The translations under genes and the position numbers were made by a program. A stretch of DNA of 40,911 nucleotides from Blastocystis sp. subtype 4. Taxonomy: Eukaryota. This document shows positions 26,501 through 38,349 of the stretch, piece after piece. The stretch is from contig NW_014569481.1 of assembly GCF_000743755.1 (NCBI RefSeq), positions 1 to 40,911 of the forward strand, written 5' to 3'. Positions within the stretch are counted from its first letter, which is position 1, and the number at the start of each line of letters is the position of its first letter. The notes under the pieces were generated by a model. That model ran no database searches, had not been told where the DNA came from, and saw nothing but the letters and a program-made list of their open reading frames with translations.

Positions 26501-27352
26501 CATATTTGAATGAACAGAGAAATGCTCCCAATTCATCACGTTGGTACGATCTACGGAAACAACGTGTTATTAGATGAAGTGTTCCTTGATTGATATCAGC
26601 AAATGATTTGATGAACACGGCAACAGCATCAAACTAAATGAACATGAACCATATAATACCTACCAGATCCATTTTATGTTCATGCTCAATTGAGTCATAC
26701 AGAGAGATAAGAAGAAAACTAAGAAATGTTAACAAGTCCATCCCTCGCAAGTGATCACTACAAGGAACCCACTAACCTCAATTCATACCTCTTTTCCATC
26801 AATAAATCACTGTCCTTTACGTATTTGGCAAGTTGATGCTTCTTACACCATCCAGAACGACACCAAGATTCACTATCACCACAGTCACAACAACCACCAC
26901 AACTGCTGTCGTATCGTTTGAAAACATGACCCTAACCCTAATGGCTACCTAAAAGGCCCACCTCGTGATTTCCATTTTCAAAACACTCAGCGCAGAGGCA
27001 ACTTGAGTCCCCTGTGGCACAATTCATACATCGGTAGATAATGGAGTTCTCTTTAAAGACATTGTGACAACGCTCATGAGGGGGCAACGATTCTTTGATC
27101 TTCCGAATGTACTCCTCGTAGTTTGTATCGTTACTAAGAACTCGCTTGCAGAACTAAGATCACAAATCGAGTCAGAAACCCTACCGACATAAAGGCTTCC
27201 ACTCCATCTGCGCTGTAAATAGCCAAATCTTCAGCAGAAAAGAGAGGACCTAGTTTATCGAGAAGAAGTTGCAGACCAGACTCTCCACCTTTGACTGCAT
27301 CAAGGTAGGTATGGAGAATACCTTCCAGGGTAGTATTCAGATCTTGAGCCAT
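20509..27352 (-). CDS. UBR1/PRT6-type N-recognin E3 ubiquitin ligase
   Basis: UBR box (YRCMNCATGDSSCLCAECFENGNHE...GGCCDCGDSESW...WCKKH, about 26830-27080), split RING (CCVCH...SCGHMLHYRC...CPVCR) and a Cys-rich C-terminal region. Many short introns. Confidence 0.88.
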
Positions 27353-27458
27353 GGAAAAATGAAAGGCAGTAGGAGTGTGAAACTGTTTCGCTCTAGTGTT
27401 AAACAAACAGAGGGGAAATTTGGATGGACTGCTAAAGAAAAAAAGACACCATAGAGGA

Positions 27459-27960
27459 ATGGAAGAAAATAGAACATCCATCTTCTACCACAATTGTAAA
27501 GGAATGAACTAGTGTAACCGAAGATATTCACGAAGATCCTCCTAAAAACTCATTTCATCTTCCATCGACATACAATGTCAAAAACTACTTCAATATTTAG
27601 CGAGCAACTTGGACAAGTCGCAATACGGTTTCCCTCCAACAAATCTTCCTAGATTTGAGGTCTATCCACATTCAAACAATATAGAAAGTGAAAGTATCTC
27701 CACATGGACAGGGAAACGTAAAGTACTGCTCTTCCTTGCAGAATGTTAGATCCGCAAGATGAACTTGTTCGTAGATTACAATTACCGACATAATTCTTCC
27801 CAGACTGACTGATCGCTTCTACGCAAGTGATAGGAGAGGGAAACTTGTATGAGCAATAAAACCGTAAGAATGACAAGAATACCAAAAGAAGGAAAATGAT
27901 TGGGTTGACCTTCTATTTCGACCATATATCGACCAGCTCCTCACAATTACTTTAATCATT
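27459..27960 (+). CDS. Probable small multi-exon hypothetical gene (structure unresolved)
   Basis: ATG at 27459, several GT...AG segments of ~28-32 nt, and a protein-like last exon (KENDWVDLLFRPYIDQLL). The gap is too long for this genome's usual spacing. Confidence 0.35.
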
Positions 27961-27979
27961 TGCATAACTGCATCCGAGA

Positions 27980-29385
27980 ATGGAGGCTGTTATTCCTCAT
28001 GAGAACACAATCACTGTTGAAGATCAAAAGCGCCGTGCATTTATGAACGAGTCTTCGGTCCATTCCTACAACCACACATCCAAAAAGGATAGAATTATCC
28101 GTGTGACGAATGGACGTATTTTTAGAAATGGAAAAGTACTAATTTGACTGGTTTCTTATTGTGTAGATTGAGCTTGGCGATTTGTGGATTCAAAATGGAA
28201 AAATCTTAGACCCTCAGAGTTACTTTTACAGCAGGATGAATTCCAAAGAAGTTTACGCTGATGAGGTATGTCTTTCGGAAGAGTGATAAGAAATAGGTCA
28301 TTGATGCAAAGAGCAGAATTGTTTCACCTGGATTCATCGATATCCAGATCAATGGAGCCTTTGGTTACGACTTTTCCGATCCAACAATTACCATGGAAGG
28401 AGTTCACTATATTACTCGTAACCTTCTTCCGGTAGGATTTGAGTAGATTACTGACAATTAGTCTGGTTGTACCGCCATTTGCCCTACCATTATAACCTCT
28501 TCCTTTGAAACTTATCATCGGAACCTCCAGCTGTTTGCTTACCAAGAGGGATCTGTTGAGAATGGAGCTGCTATCCTGGGTGCTCATTGTGAAGGTCCAT
28601 TCATTTCTCCCCAGCGTTCTGGAGCTCATCCTCCAGAATACGTTCGTGCTCCTAAGGATGGTGCGAAGTCGGTCGATGAATGTTATGGCGATGTGTCGAA
28701 TATCCGTATCGTGACCATGGCTCCTGAACTGGACGGTGCATTAGATGCATGTAAGTATCTTGTGAGCAAGGGAATTACTGTCTCAATGGGTCATACTGCT
28801 GCTCACTTAAACCAGGCTATTGAGGGTGTGAATTCAGGAGCTACTCTGATAACTCATCTGTTCAATGCCATGACACCCTTCCATCATCGTGATCCTGGTA
28901 TTATTGGTGTTCTGGGTATGCCTACAGAGCTTTCTCCTTATTACTCTATCATTGTTGATGGTATCCATTCTCATCCATATGCTGTTCGTTTTGCATGGAA
29001 AGCTGATGGTGAGAACTGTGTGTTGATCACAGATGCCATGTCAGCCGCTGGACTTCCCGAAGGCCACTACAAGCTTGGAAAGCAGAACGTGGTACTTATT
29101 GAGAATCGTGCCGTCTTAGAGGAGAACCATGATACTCTGGCCGGTTCGATTGTGACCATTGACGAGTGTGTCCGTAACTATATCAAGTTCACTAATTGCT
29201 CAAAAGAGGAGGCTTTGCGTAATGCTACTATTAACCCTGCCCGTGCTGCACATATACATCACAAGAAGGGATCGCTTGACGCAAACATGGATGCTGATTT
29301 CCTGTTCCTTGACGATGATCTTCATGTACTGGCTACATTTATTGGAGGTGATCTCGCATGGGCAAAGGAAGGATTTATTTTATAA
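27980..29385 (+). CDS. nagA: N-acetylglucosamine-6-phosphate deacetylase (AMDHD2/NagA)
   Basis: [55 protein letters not shown]. Three introns. Confidence 0.96.
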
Positions 29386-29428
29386 CTGCAAACTTATTTA
29401 GCACTTCTCTCGCCTTGTTTGTTATAGT

Positions 29429-32026
29429 ATGCTTACACGATTCTTGCGAACACCTTTCTGGGGATGTTCTAAGAGTGTTGTATGCAGAACGATAACACAG
29501 CGGTCTCGTAATGTGACGATTGTGGATCGGAAGGAGATTGCACTGCAGGTGTTGGATAAAGTATAGATAGGATTATATAAATTCATGGACCTAGTTATAT
29601 GCTCTTAAGGACGAGTACCATGCCATTGATACAGAAATTACAGATATTGATATAGAGAAATCTCCTATTGGTAGAGTTTCTGTTGGATGAAATGAAATAT
29701 AGGGAATGGAAAGGTGATGTGTGCCTCCATTTACTGTGGACCCCAATATAATTTCGGAGGAGGGTCACGCATATGGATTGACAATTTGGATGAAGCGAGA
29801 GGGACCCTTCACTACTTCAAGGAATACTTGGAAGATCCATCGATCAAGAAAGTGTTTCACAACTACAGCTTTGATTGTCATGAATTCCAAAATGAGGGTA
29901 TTGAAGTTGGAGGATTTGCTTGTGATACGATGCATATGGCAAGATTATGGGAGTCTTCGCGTATAGGAAAGGGGTCCTACTCACTTGAAAGTCTATCAGA
30001 GGAACTATATATCCGGAAACGACCTTACAAGGAGATTTTCGGTAAACCCCATATCAAACGAGATGGAACAGAAGGAAAGATCGTCGACGTCCCCGAAGTG
30101 ATTGTCATAGAACGATCGCTGTCTGATGTTTAGGATTTGCAACGAAATCCAGAAACACGAAATGAATGGATAGAGTACTCTGCATTCGACGCAGAAGCAA
30201 CATGGCATGTTCGAAAGGAACTTGAGTCTCTGTTGAAGGAAATGTATTGGACTGAAGAGGAAGTAAATGGAACAACGATTGATCGAACCATGTGGGACTT
30301 TTATCAACGTTATTACCGTGATTTTGGACAACTCCTTGTCAACATGGAGAATCGAGGGATTCGGGTAGATGTGACTTTGATCCATTCTCGTTAGATTGAT
30401 GTTGACAATCACCTCCCTGAGGTAGAAAAGGAAGCGCAAGTAGCTCTGGAGAAAGCGCGTTCAGTCTTCCTCTCGTGGGTAAGTAAGGTAGGTGGTCCGG
30501 ATTTGGCAAGGATGAATGTGAACAGTACAGCTCAAATCCAACAGCTTCTCTTTGCTCCAAGTATATAAATCCCTCTAATCTCAATCCCAGCTCCTCGAAG
30601 GAAAGGTCATGAAGGACTGCCTCGAAGCAAAGAGTTTGAAGTTGAAAATATTGAAGGAATAATCGAACCAGGGAAGAAGAAGCCTCTGAAGAATCGCAAG
30701 ATCACTATTACTGGACTGGGAATTCCTCCAGTATCCTACACAGCTAAGGGTCTACCTCAATGCAATGCAGCCACTATCAAGACATTGGCTGGAAGTATTG
30801 ACTCTGAAGATGAGAGTAAGAGTCGTTGGGGAACAGCCTATGAGGTTGGTGATAGAGAAATTGATTAGAAGTAGGCATTAGGAGGAGGAGAACGAGGACG
30901 TGATGCATGTATTGCGCTTAGTGCATTGAGTTAGAATATGAGATGTGATTGATGAGTAGATCAAATGAATAGCATTGAAATCATGCTGAATACATTCATT
31001 ATACCTCTTCAGTCGGTTACAGATAGTGCTCATCGTGTTCATTGCTCGTTGAATCTGAATACAGAAACAGGTCGCCTTTCAGCTCGACAGCCAAATCTTC
31101 AGAATCAACCTTCTCTCGAGAAGGACATCTATTTTGTACGCAAAGCATTCATTGCAGATCCTGGAAATACTCTCCTGGTGTCAGATTACGGTCAATTAGA
31201 ACTGCGCGTATTAGCTCATATGACTCGTTGCAAGAACATGCTTGAAGCTTTTAAGTTGGGAGGTGATTTCCATTCACGCACAGCCATGAGTATGTATGAT
31301 TACATCAAGGAGGATGTAGAGAAGGGAACTTGCTTACTTGAATGGAATTCAGAACAAGGAGATCCTCCTGCTCCTCTTCTCAAACACAAATATGCGAGTG
31401 AACGACGCAAAGCAAAGATTTTAAATTTCTCTCTTGCGTTAGAATGAAGAAGCATTATGATAGTTAGATATGGAAAGACTGCTCATGGATTGAGTAAAGA
31501 CTTTGGTGTCTCTCTGAGTGAAGCTGAAGATGTGTTAGCGAAGTGGTACAAAGACCGACCTGAAGTGCAAGAGTGGCAGCGCCAAACTATTCTGACAGCA
31601 AAACAGACAGGATATACACGCACATTGATGGGTCGTTATCGTCCCTTACCAGACATCAACAGTCGTAATAAGTGGAAGGAAGGACATATGTGTCGTGCAG
31701 CAATCAACACACCAATTCAAGGAGGAGCAGCTGATATTGTGATGATGGCTATGTTAAAGGTGGAGAATGATGAACGATTGAAACGACTTGGTTATAAGAT
31801 GCTGTTGCAGATTCATGATGGTTGGAATGTAGTGAACGAATAATAAGTAGAAGTGATTCTTGAAGGCCCGAAAGAAAATGCAGAAGAAGCTAAAGCATGT
31901 CTTGTGATAAATAGGGAGTGAAATGACATCTAGATTGATGATATGAATCATCCATTTGCTCATCCACTCCTTGTGGATTTGGTTGTAGATTGTAATGCCG
32001 CGGATTCATGGTATGAGGCAAAGTGA
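29429..32026 (+). CDS. Organellar family-A DNA polymerase (POP type) with 3'-5' exonuclease and mitochondrial presequence
   Basis: Presequence MLTRFLRTPFW. Exo motifs AIDTE, HNYSFD, YSAFDAEATW. Polymerase motifs DYGQLELR, GGDFHSRTA, RRKAKILNFS-AYG, INTPIQG, LQIHDE. C-terminus WYEAK. Confidence 0.94.
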
Positions 32027-32051
32027 ACCTGTTGTTTATAACAAATACTTA

Positions 32052-33185
32052 AGCAAATTGGAATACAATGAATTGAGGACTGTATCATCCATTCTCCATT
32101 CACTCCCTCAAAGTCACTGCATAAAGCAAGAGCCACATTTGTATCTATGAATCAGTCAGTCTCTCCAGATCGACTTGGTTGGATGTAGAGGATATGTCCA
32201 ATAGTCTTTCCATCGCTTTGAACTTCATTTCCTGGGGAAACGTCATTGACTTTCTGAAGTAGATGGGAGGAAGGGATATTATTGCAAGCATTTTCGACTG
32301 TCATTTGAATGAGATCCTTATGACTATGGGAAGATAGGACAACAGGAACTAAACGAGAAGGATGTGTTCTCTTGGATTGAACATACTAGGAGTGCTTACA
32401 TGATGAATGTAACTAGCATACACCTCCTGACCCACATAACATCCTTTGGTAGTACTGATCCCATTTAATAGATCTAGATTGAGATGACCAGCAACTTGAT
32501 TCTTCAGTCCATCATCCCTTCCTCTCAAATGACTCAATAAATTTTACGAGCTCCAAACACCATGAAGAAGCTCATATGTCTTATAAAGAGAAGTTAGTTC
32601 TAGAAGCTGCTGAAGAGGTCTTTAATGATGATTTGTAACTATCATTACTTTTCACTGAAGATACGATAAGCTGAACTACAACGAGGATCTTGAAAACAAA
32701 TCGCATCTGGAATGGAACAAGAATCTGATATCATTCCATAAACACCCATATTCTTTGGAACTGAAATCTCTACCTTTCTATCAAATTTAGAAAGAGAAAG
32801 CATCTTCAGCACATCTCGTTCTTACGAAAACACACTAAACAAACTATCTAAATGACTTGTTGGAATATCCATGAGAATGGAATTGGAATTCGTGAAATGA
32901 ACAACAGAGTCAGAGAACAGTTTTCCCTAATGATCATTGACATTCTAAGTCGTGACTTTCGGATTCATAAACACAGAAAAGAAAGAGGGATTCTGATTCT
33001 TCACAAAGTCATTCGAAGCGATCCCCTGCATAAATACACGCATATCAGGACCCCTAATAATTATAATTCTCTTGTTAAAACGATACGTCAAATGGAGAAT
33101 CGAGCGATAAGCAAGTGGAACCAGCTTTCCAGATAACTGAGAAGTGCTAGAAGTGCTAGACAACCAAGAAAGGATACATTGACAT
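32052..33185 (-). CDS. IBA57: IBA57/CAF17/YgfZ folate-binding Fe-S assembly factor; stop probably made by polyadenylation
   Basis: RSILHLTGPDMRVFMQGIASND and the KGCYVGQE signature. Ends TGC T|TAAG|TATTTGTT. Confidence 0.82.
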
Positions 33186-33224
33186 TAATAGAAACAAACA
33201 ATAACCAAACGGAATCAATTACCC

Positions 33225-33813
33225 TTAATCACGCTTCTTTGACTACAAATCAACTGCACTAAGCACTACTTACAGCAAGAAGGTATGGATAGAGGACCTT
33301 CTCATAAACCAGTTTTGCACCCTAAGAATGAATACTTATTCACGATAACGAACCTGGACCTGGGGAAGGAAACACAGTACGAGGCCTACTACCTTGATAA
33401 CCGAGTAATACGGGATCAAAGCAGTGATAATACCAACAGACTCAATCACACTCACCATTGCATAAATAACCCAATAAGTCAACCACTGAGTATCATCATC
33501 CTTGTTGTTGGATTTGATGGCCTTAAAGGAAGCATACACAGGATAAACAAAGACAATAAGATTTCTATAAGCTCATTCCACCCAAAGAAGGAGGCTACCC
33601 GAGAATCTTACAACCCAGAGAAAACACCAGTACAAACACAAAATTCAACACAACAATGAGTGCCAGATAGCATTTACGCATATGGATCTTCTCAGAAATC
33701 ATGTTCATGTAGGCTACGTTGATCATCTTTCCTTCTCACTTCTTACGCACGTCATTAAGGGCATTATCGAGTTTGTCCATGTACTCATCAAACTGCTTTT
33801 TATATTGTTCCAT
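33225..33813 (-). CDS. HVA22/TB2-DP1 (REEP/Yop1) ER-shaping protein
   Basis: YPVYASFKAIKSNNKDDDTQWLTYWVIYA...GAKLVYEKVLYPYL. Confidence 0.92.
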
Positions 33814-33850
33814 TGTAACGAATTGTGGTTAACGGTTAGTAAGAAACAGA

Positions 33851-35723
33851 TCATTTCTTCAATACAAGATAGCCAAATGACTCTAAATTCACATCTGCTT
33901 CAATTATTGAGAAAGTTTGACCAATCTCAGCAAGATCATTCGTTCCCCATTTTTTATGTCGTCCTAACACAATTATAGTAGTCTGGTTGGTAAGATATTT
34001 CTGAAGATACATTAGTATGTCCTTCTTACAAGGACCATTCACAATAACGACATCAAAGTGTATCTTCCGATAATTATTCCTTACCCACAGCTTATTCTGG
34101 GACCCATAGCCATCAATTGGAATGTGAATGTAGTCTCGCAGTTGCTGGCAGGTACGTTGTCGCGCTGATTTGGCATCGCTACTATAAATTATGAGGAAGA
34201 AAAGACTTATACGGGAAAAAGAAGTAGGATTCGTTCAAAGGATTCAATTTGAATCGTTGAGGCATTCTAAGAATAATAGTCAAGTAGGATTCCATACCCA
34301 ATACTGTAGTCATGGAAAGAAGCAATTCCCCATATGCAGTCTGCAAAAGCACCAGATTGGAGTTTTCCATTTCCAAAGTACAGACAAGCTAAAAATCAAT
34401 CCATTTCACTAATTGTACATCGGTTTGAGAGATAATGACGATACTGTTGATAATCCACTGGATCAATGTAATCACTCTCATTGTTACGAACGGTGACAAA
34501 GGAATCATCTTTCATTTGAACTACACATCCAATACACTAATTCAAGCATACAACACTCCCAATCACTATTGCTCACACTTGTGGCTATGGATCTTCTTTT
34601 GAATTGTGATAGCCACGTAGAACCGCAAACAGAAGGATTTTCGTTCCATTTCACATTGTTAATGCTCTTTCCTCGATTTCCTTGTTCTCCCGCTTTATTG
34701 CCCCGTGAATCTGTCATATGAACAGCACAAACTACAGATTATTGAAGATTGAGGCTCAAACCAGCTTCTGTTACATCGACAATATCTGCATGAACACTCT
34801 TCGCATAACTGATAAGATAACCATCAATAGCCACACGACCGACAACAAACCCTTTCATATGAAGATAGTCATACGTTGTTCGTGTGTAGATGAAATAATC
34901 CTAGTCCTGAGAAGTACCAAATGAATTTACCACTGCATTACTCATATATGGAGCATCACTTGAACAGATGGAATGCAAGAGAGATTCATACTCTCCATTT
35001 TTTATCGGAAGTTGGGTGATATTCATCCATGGATAATTGGTTCTTCTACCAACAATTAATCGCTTTTGGCTAACATTTTTATTCTGTTGGAGGAGTTTCA
35101 ACACATCCAGGAGAGTATGAGAAAGGAGAATATCGCCATTCACATAGCCATAGTATTGACAATCGAGTGTATCCAGTTTGGCCATGAATGAACGAATGTA
35201 GGGAAGACCATATTGATTGGTTTCAAACTTGGAAATGCATAAGAGCGATGAATTCCGTTGGCATATGGACAAATAGAAGGGATCATCTGTGAAAATGACA
35301 GGTAGGACACTTGAACCCAGAGATAATAAACCTTGTAACATGTGCTGTTGGATCCGTTGAGAAACAGTATCCTAGACATCAAAAGCATCCAGTAGATCCA
35401 CATTTTTGGAATGAAATGTTGTACCGAGACATAGTAATTGATCAACTTTGTTACTCTGTATCTTTGTCACATTCAATTCCCTTTCAGTATTACTATTGAT
35501 TGCAGGAATCATAAACCTGCACGATGGTGATTCTCTCTGTTGTCTTTTCTTCAACTATTTCTGTAACACTTACGATCGAAAAATGAGGTTCTCAATAGAA
35601 TACAACTGCTTCCACTCAAATACCTATCCATTACACACTCACCTTATCCCAACCAGGAAAAAAAATCCCAACAGAAGAAAAAGGACACTATTGAGACTCA
35701 TACTACAAGGAATCCACTTGCAT
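33851..35723 (-). CDS. Hypothetical secreted/membrane protein, possibly glycosyltransferase-like
   Basis: Signal-like MQCPFLLLGFFFLVG after a 30-nt intron, and YYGYVNGDILL. Ends AAA T|GATC|TGTTTCTT. Internal exon structure not fully resolved; could be more than one gene. Confidence 0.5.
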
Positions 35724-35777
35724 GAATGATTCAATGCCAACAAACAACACAAATCTCCACAACATAGTAGCATGCAT

Positions 35778-36333
35778 TTAGAACTTCATGTCATGAGGAC
35801 GATCACCTCTCTGGAGGGTGAATCTCTCGTGCAGGTACTCCTTCAGCATGGGAACCTTCTCGATGCACTTCATCAACTCAGCATCCACAGCCTCCTGGTT
35901 GGCCTTGCGCTCCCGACGGGCTACTCTTCAGACACTCCACAGAAACCTACCACATACTCCTTGGAGAAGAGCTCCTCGGATTTCTTGGCAGGAGCCTTGA
36001 AATAAGCATCATTTACAGCCTGAGGAATCTTAACAGAGGAAATGTCGACCTTGGTGGAGGTGGCAACCACATAGCGCTGGTTTACACGGCGCAGAGGAAC
36101 CTTGTTAACCTGGTAAGGTCCTAAGTTCTCATTCTCTCTCCACACAGCCTACCAGAGACAAGAAGGAGTCCAGAAGGAAGCTGCTTCAGGAAGACAACAC
36201 GCTTTCCAGCAAAACGTCCAGCCAGAATGATCAGAACGGTTCCAGGAGTGATGGTGGCACGCAGCTTGGTGGGCTTGGCCTCGACAGCAGCAGGAGCCTC
36301 AATAGGGAAGAACTTTGATACAGTCTTGGACAT
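35778..36333 (-). CDS. RPL6: 60S ribosomal protein L6 (eL6)
   Basis: [63 protein letters not shown]...PHDMKF. Two coding introns and a probable 5'-UTR intron at 36340-36370. Confidence 0.97.
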
Positions 36334-36470
36334 TCGAACCTAGAAAAGTGATGAGAAACGCACTTGTCACAGATTTCTGGGAATGGACTCAATCCCTAGA
36401 AGAGCAAAGAAGACGCCAAATTTTCTTGAATACTTACTTCTGTGGAGAAAATGTGAGATGACCAAATACT

Positions 36471-36538
36471 GATTGTTACCCCAGCCGAATGGTGAATGAA
36501 ACAGTCTTAAAATACTGGATTCAATTACAAAGGGGGTA
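36471..36538 (-). ncRNA. Candidate single-hairpin ACA-box (H/ACA-like) guide RNA
   Basis: TACCCC...GGGGTA basal stem, internal loop, TGAAT/ATTCA and CAGT/ACTG upper stems, then ACA plus 3 nt. Confidence 0.35.
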
Positions 36539-36587
36539 TGCACTTCTTGTTTTATTTGAATGTTATTCCATTTGAGATATATTTCAC

Positions 36588-36595
36588 AACAAACA
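36588..36595 (-). terminator. TGTTTGTT polyadenylation element creating the RCE1 stop
   Basis: In-frame T at 36600 lies exactly 4 nt before the motif. Confidence 0.85.
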
Positions 36596-36599
36596 AGGT

Positions 36600-37656
36600 A
36601 CAGGATCAAGAGGAATTGACTCTTGCACCATTGGGGATTCAAGAGGATGGGGAAGAGAACAATGAATAGAATCACTCCAACGACGTATGCTCCATTGATA
36701 ACTACTAGTGAAATAATAGAAAAAAGGAAACTCGTTCTCTTGGAATATAGTGGAGAAGATGGACGATTGTACTCAAACGATGGGATTGAAAAGAAGTTGC
36801 AGAGGGAGTGAACAAGGCCAGCAGCTAGAAGATTACCCGTTCGTACATACACATAGGAAACAAGTACCCCAAACAGAGTGGTATAGGTGAACATAAAACC
36901 TAGAATGGAGCAATATTACTATTGATACAGCACTGAAGCAGTGCTCTTACAAGAGGATATCCATTCTGGAGAAAGGAGAAGAGATGATGAAAATGACCTA
37001 GAATAGTAGGGAGCACTAGGAGATACAGGACCCAAATGCAATGGAACTGAACCAAACAGCCTTCGGTAGAGAGAACCCGGAGTGAAGCAAAAAAGGCAAC
37101 ATGTTGCCTCGGTATAACAACTCCTCTAGAAGTGGTGACTAGAATGAAACCTAGAGCCAAAGAGTACAAAGACAAGATTTCGCAGATCAATACACAGCGA
37201 GTAATTATAGTTGCATGTGTCTAGAAGAGTGGACGCAAATGATGTGGCACTACTCATCACACCCAAGAAACAAGTCAACGTTATCCGAGACCAATAATAG
37301 ACTTTCACCAATGTTCCAGAGAAAAGGATAATGATATGAATACAAGTAGTAATAAGTATCAATAGGAACCTGGGGTTATACAAGCCCCAGATCTCGGCTT
37401 CAGAAACCTAATAGTGAAGAGACTAGAATGATATTTACAACATCAAAACGAAAGATCGCCTTATGGACCAAACTAACCAAGAGTATGAAGACACTTAAAA
37501 TAATTGTGCGCAGAATGATCTAGAGTGTGAATGAAACGAACTATGAAATACAACAACAGAATCATCTCGATCTCGTTGTTTATACTTCTTTGGAACTAGA
37601 TAAAAGCTACACGATAAAAGAATCGTTTCTCCAAAGATAAGGAGGATCTGCCACAT
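36600..37656 (-). CDS. RCE1: CAAX prenyl protease 2 (Rce1, CPBP family); stop made by polyadenylation
   Basis: PLLEELLYRG (EExxxR), HFHH, FTYTTLFG and HSLCN motifs. Ends CTG T|ACCT|TGTTTGTT. Confidence 0.88.
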
Positions 37657-37718
37657 TGACTTGACAAATGACTGAATTCGTTTCTTATCAAAGGGTATTC
37701 ATCTCAATATTTGATAGA

Positions 37719-38193
37719 ATGAAAGGTCTATATGTGTATCGTAATATTAGTGAAATGGAATAAGAATCAGTCACGGCATGTGTGTTTCTGTTTTGCGCAT
37801 ATCGATACGCAAAGTCTGTATGACCCCTTGATAATAAGTGAATGTGAGATTCAGAAGCTTCAAAAACAGAAAGTGGGAAATACTCCAGTACCATTGTCAA
37901 GGTATTTACGGACAGACTATGTACCGAAAGAAGTCGACTACACTTCTGAATATAGTGAATCTGATCAAGAATCGTATGAAGAGGATTACATGGAGGAGGA
38001 CGATACTATTAGTAACTCGGCATCTGTAGCATGTCCACTCCTTCAACAAGCACAGAAATCCTATCTAAGGTCCTTCGATCCCCAATCAACCAACTTGCTT
38101 AGAACTCCTCAAAATGATATTCTTGTAACATTTCTGACATCCAGTATCATTTTTCTTGCGCTAGCTATCGTGATTAAAATGTTGGCATCCTAG
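37719..38193 (+). CDS. Hypothetical protein with acidic tract and C-terminal TM helix (tail-anchored-like)
   Basis: 153-aa ORF ending ILVTFLTSSIIFLALAIVIKMLAS. The 5' end is uncertain. Confidence 0.55.
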
Positions 38194-38337
38194 ATGAAAC
38201 TCAGTTTTAGAAAGGCTCCTTTCGAAAAGAAAAGAAAGTTCTATAACTATGGAGAGGTTGGATCTCCTGTCCTTCCTCTCATCGACTACCACGAAGCCGT
38301 GAGAAATGACATTCTATTGAAGGTGTCGTATGTTTTC

Positions 38338-38345
38338 AACAAACA
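38338..38345 (-). terminator. TGTTTGTT polyadenylation element creating the SNRNP27 stop
   Basis: In-frame T at 38350 lies exactly 4 nt before the motif. Confidence 0.8.
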
Positions 38346-38349
38346 CCCC

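Noticed and set aside
29429..32026. Family-A polymerase as a phage or bacterial insertion
   Set aside because: Intron-rich, carries a presequence and has POP-type motifs: a normal nuclear-encoded organellar polymerase.
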